From Octopus vulgaris (lineage: Eukaryota): a DNA stretch of 64,000 bases. The notes below the pieces were generated by a model that saw nothing but the letters and a program-made list of their open reading frames with translations, ran no database searches and had not been told where the DNA came from. Location of the stretch: the NCBI GenBank assembly GCA_951406725.2, contig OX597816.1:73470001-73534000 (forward strand). Direction: 5' to 3'. This document shows positions 59,031 through 64,000 of this stretch, one piece after another. Made by a program: the position numbers and the translations under genes. Within the stretch, counting starts at the first letter, position 1, and each line of letters opens with the position of its first letter.

Positions 59031-59469
59031 AGTTGCTAGATGTTTTGGGAGGTGTCGGATACACATCGGTGTTGATGTGAGGAAGGGAATGAGAAGGGAA
59101 TCTGTGACGTTTCGTGAAATGAAGAAGACAAGGAAATAATGTGAAGTAAGGAGGGGTGGAGAGAGAGAGAGGGAGAGAGAGGGGGAAAATTGCAGAGAAA
59201 AAGAGAAAAAGAGGAGAGCGAATGGGAGAGAGAGAAAAAAATAAAAAGAAAGAAAGGAGGAAAGAAAGAAAATTAGAAAGATAGAAAGAAAGAAAGGAGG
59301 AAAGAAAGAAAATTAGAAAGATAGAAAGAAAGAAAGAAAGAAAGAAAGAAAGGAAGAAAGAAAGAAGCACAGAAAAGATAAAAAGAAAGAAAGAAAGAGA
59401 GAGAGAGAGAACGAAAGAAAGGAAGAAAGAGAGAGAGAATGAGATTAATTACTCATAGAAGAAAGAGAA

Positions 59470-59552
<83 letters not shown>

Positions 59553-60186
59553 GTGTGCAGGAAAGTTGAAGAAAATTGGAGAAACCGTTGAAGGTCGGGT
59601 ACAAATATTCTATTGGCCGACATCAGTTATGTGCGGTTGTTTGCTGTGTTGCTGTTGGTGGTGGTGGTGGTGGTGGTGGTATTGTTGTTGTTGTTGTTGT
59701 TGCTCATGATGATTACGATGACGACGATAACGACGATGACGATGACGATGATGATGATGATGACGACGGCAACGACGAAGACGACGAGGAAGAGTAAGAA
59801 GATATATTTATGAGATTGGTTATGTTTTATGCAGTGATTATAGTGAAGGTAGGTGATGGTGATGGTGATGGTAAGTGCGATGATGTTGGGGCAAAGTGAT
59901 GCTGAATGCACATGATGATGATGATGATGATGATGAGGAGGAGGAGGAGGAGGAGGAGGCCGGTGTGGTTGGATTGATGGTGGGGGTAGCAGAGAAGATG
60001 GGGCGATTAGGGTGGGTATTAGTAGATTTCGTGGTCATGGTGGCGAAGAATCTTTTTTTTAAATGACGTTTGAATATTGTGTTCTGTTATCATGGAAGGA
60101 TCAAATTACATGAAGTGTAAAAAGGCCCATAGATAGACAAACAGACAGACTGGTTGATAGATATATATATATATATAGAGAGAGAG

Positions 60187-60245
<59 letters not shown>

Positions 60246-60260
60246 CAGAAAGATAGTGAA

Positions 60261-60592
60261 GGCGCATGGCTCGGTGGTTAGAGCGTCGAGTTTACGATAG
60301 CGAGGTTGTGAGTTCGAATCCCGGACCGGGATGCGTGTTGTGTTCTTCAGCAAGACACTTTATTTCACGTTCCTCCAGTTCACTCAGCTGTAGAAATGAG
60401 TTGTGACGTCACTGGTGCCAAGCTGTATCGGCCCCTTTGCCTTTCCCTTGGATAACATTGGTGGCGTGGAGAGGGGAGGATGGTATGCATGGGTGACTGC
60501 TGGTCTTCCATAAACAACCATGCCCGGACTTGTGCCTAGGAGGGTAACTTTCTAGGTGCAATCACATGGTCAGTCATGACCGAAGGGGGTCT
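60261..60592 (+). mobile_element. SINE family A, full length
   Basis: GGCGCATGGCTCGGTGGTTAGAGC head and canonical B box GTTCGAATCC. Confidence 0.92.
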
Positions 60593-60613
60593 CGGCATAT
60601 ATATGAGGTAGGG

Positions 60614-60668
<55 letters not shown>

Positions 60669-60672
<4 letters not shown>

Positions 60673-61145
60673 TAAGTAATTAAGGGTTTAGCAACGATTT
60701 GCCTCACCACACACCGAATTTAGAAATAGCAGTCAAAGAGTTATAGCTATTCTTTCTACTAAAAGGGGGATCTCAGTAAAACCACAGCACTTGAAAGGCA
60801 AACACAAACAGGCGGACAGCAATCTATCATACAATTTTAAGTCACCTACAGACGTACGTTTCGGACTTAAAATTGTATGATAGATTGCTGTCATTTCTTT
60901 CTCTCTTGCCTGTTTGTGTTTGCCTTTCAAGTGCTGTGGTTTTACTGAGATCTCCCTTTTAGTAGAAAGAATAGCTATAACTCTTTGACTGCTATTTCTA
61001 AATTCGGTGTGTGGTGAGGCAAATCGTTGCTAAACCCTTAATTACTTAGTATTACTTAAACTTTCCTCGAACGAGGCTTTTACATGCCGAAATCTACTTG
61101 GTGAAATTAATGATTATTCCAAATTAATTAGTTTTACCCTATTTT
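60669..61145 (+). mobile_element. Long fold-back PLE-like module in (TA)n
   Basis: Arms at 60669-60843 and 60864-61052 are reverse complements except for 1 substitution and one ~14-nt indel. A unique tail runs to (TA)n. Confidence 0.85.
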
Positions 61146-61165
61146 ATATATATATATATATATAT

Positions 61166-61205
61166 ATTTCTCACTATTAATAAATATTTATTAATAGTGA
61201 GAAAT
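61166..61205. repeat. Perfect 40-bp palindrome
   Basis: ATTTCTCACTATTAATAAAT|ATTTATTAATAGTGAGAAAT. Confidence 0.95.
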
Positions 61206-61316
61206 TTCTGGTTTTGGGGTATTAGTTCCTCTTTCTAACAAGTGGAATTCTGGTACCCTACTTTATTTATTTGTATATTTTAGCTATATAGTTCAAACTT
61301 CCTGGCCACTTTATTA

Positions 61317-61396
<80 letters not shown>

Positions 61397-61440
61397 AATA
61401 ATAATAATAATAATAGTAATAATAATAATAATGGTAATAT

Positions 61441-61473
<33 letters not shown>

Positions 61474-61509
61474 GATATATAGATATAGATATAGATATAT
61501 ATATATATA

Positions 61510-61697
61510 TTTGGAATTTACAAAAATACAAAGCAAAAGATGAAAACAGGTGTGTAAACAACAAACAGCTGTATTAGTTGAAGGCTCGGGAAGTGGGAAT
61601 GTCTTTACGTTTCGAGCCTACGCTCTTCGACAGAAAGGAACACAGAAATAAACAGGGAGAGAAAATAATAAAGGTTCAGTGGCTAGCGATCAATCAT
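61510..61697 (-). mobile_element. Solo Penelope pseudo-LTR with hammerhead variant
   Basis: Homologous to 43850-44060. Minus strand 61602-61637 reads CTTT-CTGTCGA-A-GAGC-GTAG-GCTC-GAAA-CG-TA-AAGA. Confidence 0.8.
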
Positions 61698-61812
61698 ATA
61701 TATACAAATACCTACCTACCTACATACATACATACATACATACATACATACATACATACATACATACATACATACATACATACATACATACATACATACA
61801 TACATACATACA

Positions 61813-62040
61813 CTTCATTATTAAAGCTGCAAAAACATCACAAAAATATCGCAAAGACTGTCACTCAGAATTTCATGTTCACGTTCGTCGGACGAACGGA
61901 AACGTGGAACTCTAAGTAACGGATTCTGTGATATTTTGCCGTGGTCATGCAGCTTTAATAATAAAGCATATTACTCTACCTCCAGTGTTCACGTACTATT
62001 TTTTTCCCAACTTGTTTCACATTTATGTGCTTATCTGGTA
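61813..62040 (+). mobile_element. Fold-back PLE-like module
   Basis: Imperfect ~77-bp arms at 61813-61889 and 61891-61966, centred on CGTTCGTC-G-GACGAACG. The tail ends in TA. Confidence 0.7.
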
Positions 62041-62051
62041 TATATAATATA

Positions 62052-62114
<63 letters not shown>

Positions 62115-62120
62115 CATATA

Positions 62121-62317
62121 GTTAATCCAAACAAGAAAACACAAAAAAGAACACAACAACGCGAGGACGTGGAACAAATATAGTATTATTGGACGCTCAG
62201 GAAAGAAGGAGGGTTTAACGTTTCGAGCGGAGTTCTTCGTCGGAAACATAGAAGAAGGAAAGATCCAGAGAAGGGAAGACAGAGGAAAAAAATCGTCAAC
62301 GGTACACACGAGGTCAC
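62121..62317 (-). mobile_element. Solo Penelope-type pseudo-LTR with hammerhead variant
   Basis: Minus strand 62213-62247 reads GTTT-CCGACGA-A-GAAC-TCC-GCTC-GAAA-CG-TT-AAAC. TA runs on both sides; homolog at 9297-9471. Confidence 0.78.
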
Positions 62318-62576
62318 ATATATATATACACATATATATACATACATACCTAGTCTAGGGTAGGTCATTATGTCAATAAAATTTAATATAAACACACGCA
62401 CTGTTTCAATACTACTCCATTATTTTTACCAATATATTATTAGAGTTAAATATATATTCATTAAAAATAAAGAAAAACAGTTATCACTGCCTTCAAAGTT
62501 TCGCCTACAGCAAGCTTTTCGAGCTGTATAAGTATACACACACATATAATAGATATAAATATGCATATATATATAA

Positions 62577-62607
<31 letters not shown>

Positions 62608-62778
62608 GACATGCATGCATGCATACGTACGTATATACATACATAGGTGGTGGAGGTGAAGTTGATGGTGATGGTGGTTGTGGTAGTGTTGGTGGATGTT
62701 GCGACTGAAAAAGAGATTGCATGGTAGGCGGGAGAAACAGGAAAGTATATGAGGAAAGTATAACCCACCCCCAAAAAG

Positions 62779-62837
<59 letters not shown>

Positions 62838-63089
62838 GGATAGAGAGAGAGAAAGAGAAAGCGAGAGAGCAGAAGTAAGAGAAAGATGTTGGGGAGGGAG
62901 AGCGTGCTTGAGCATGCGTCTGAGAGTGAAGTATGATTTGAAGCAGAGACAGGGGAAATGCTCGGGAAGGGGTCTCTGGTTGGTTTTGAATAAAAATGGG
63001 TGGTGTAATAGCGATGGTGACGTTGGAGACAAGAGGGTCGCTGGAATGAGAGCTGACGGGGTATAGTTTCGCTACCATTTTTGTTTTTA

Positions 63090-64000
63090 TTATTGTTGTT
63101 GCTGTTGTCGCTGTTGATGCTGCTGTTGTTGTTTAACGTTGATGATGATGATGATCATGATCATGATGACCATGATCATAATCATGATCATGATAATGAT
63201 GATCATAGTGGTGGTGGTATTTGTGTTTGTATTGGGTGTGTTTGAGTTCGTGATGGTGGAGGTGTTGGTGGATAGCGGTGGTGGTGTTTGTGTTGTGGTG
63301 GTCTTGGTGTGGTGGTGGTGGTGGTGGTGTTGGTGGTGGTGATGGTGGTGGTGGTGGTGGTGATGTTGGGAGTGTAGTGGTTATATTGTGAGTTGAGTGT
63401 TGTTTGCATAGAGGTAGATGAGTTGTAATGTTGGATAACGATAATAACGAGGAGGAAGAAGAGGAGGAGGAGAAGGAGGAGGAGTAAGAAGAAGAGGGGA
63501 GGAGGAAGTGCTGCTGTGGTGGTGGTGGTGGTGGTGGTGGTGGTGACAGTAGTGGAAGAGTGGGAGACTTCGTATAGTGATTGTCGTTTTAGAAAATACA
63601 AGTAGTGGTGGCCGTAATGGTCGTGGTGGTCATGAGTGTACTGGCTGGTGGGAGTGTTGGTGATAGTGTTGTCGGTGACATTGGCTTGGTTGTATTTGTG
63701 GTGTATGTAGGTTTTGGTGCTGTTGTTATTGTTGGTGGTTGTGGTGGTGATGGTGGTGGTGGTGGCGACGGTGGTGCTGGGTGTGTTACTGTTAATGGTG
63801 AAAGTGTTGTTCTTATTGGTGGTGCTGAGTTGTTGAGTGTGATATTGTTCATGGAGATGTCGTTGGTGGTATTGGAGGTGGTTGATATTGCTAATAGTGA
63901 TAATGTTGTATTTCCTTCTACTGTTTTTGCTGGTGGTGGTGTAGGTGTCGTCAGCGGTGGCAACGGCAGTGGTGGGGATGGTGGTGATGGCGATGGTCGT
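63090..64000. repeat. (GAT)n/(GGT)n/(GTT)n low-complexity region
   Basis: Direct reading; degenerate G/T-rich trinucleotides. Confidence 0.85.

Noticed and set aside
58640-59080. Asp-rich ORF resembling acidic biomineral proteins, and a His-rich antisense ORF
   Set aside because: (GAT/GAC)n microsatellite open in several frames; no splice or domain evidence.
63589-63963. Thr/Pro-rich mucin-like ORF
   Set aside because: Degenerate (GGT/GTT)n low complexity continuous with flanking repeats; cannot be supported as an exon.

Overview
AT-rich eukaryotic intergenic or intronic DNA, saturated with microsatellites ((TA)n, (CA)n, (GA)n, (TAGA)n, (TACA)n, (TAA)n, (GAT)n, (GGT)n) and interspersed repeats. 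The tRNA-derived SINE families and repeat density are typical of an octopus (coleoid cephalopod) genome; this is an inference, not a database result. I see no convincing host protein-coding exon, and nearly all listed ORFs are microsatellite translations. Recognisable elements: at least five tRNA-headed SINE families in many copies; three mariner relics; two non-autonomous Helitrons tail-to-tail; a hAT-like MITE; R4/Dong-type LINE pieces (two of the three flanked by (TAA)n); and an uninterrupted Penelope-like (PLE) GIY-YIG endonuclease fragment with its 3' terminal repeat. The most interesting signal is a family of short PLE-derived modules, mostly inserted in (TA)n. They carry minimal variant hammerhead-ribozyme motifs with covarying stem I, and several form fold-back hairpins whose pivot lies in or at the ribozyme motif. 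All alignments and folds were done by eye; boundaries are approximate unless TIRs or termini are quoted.
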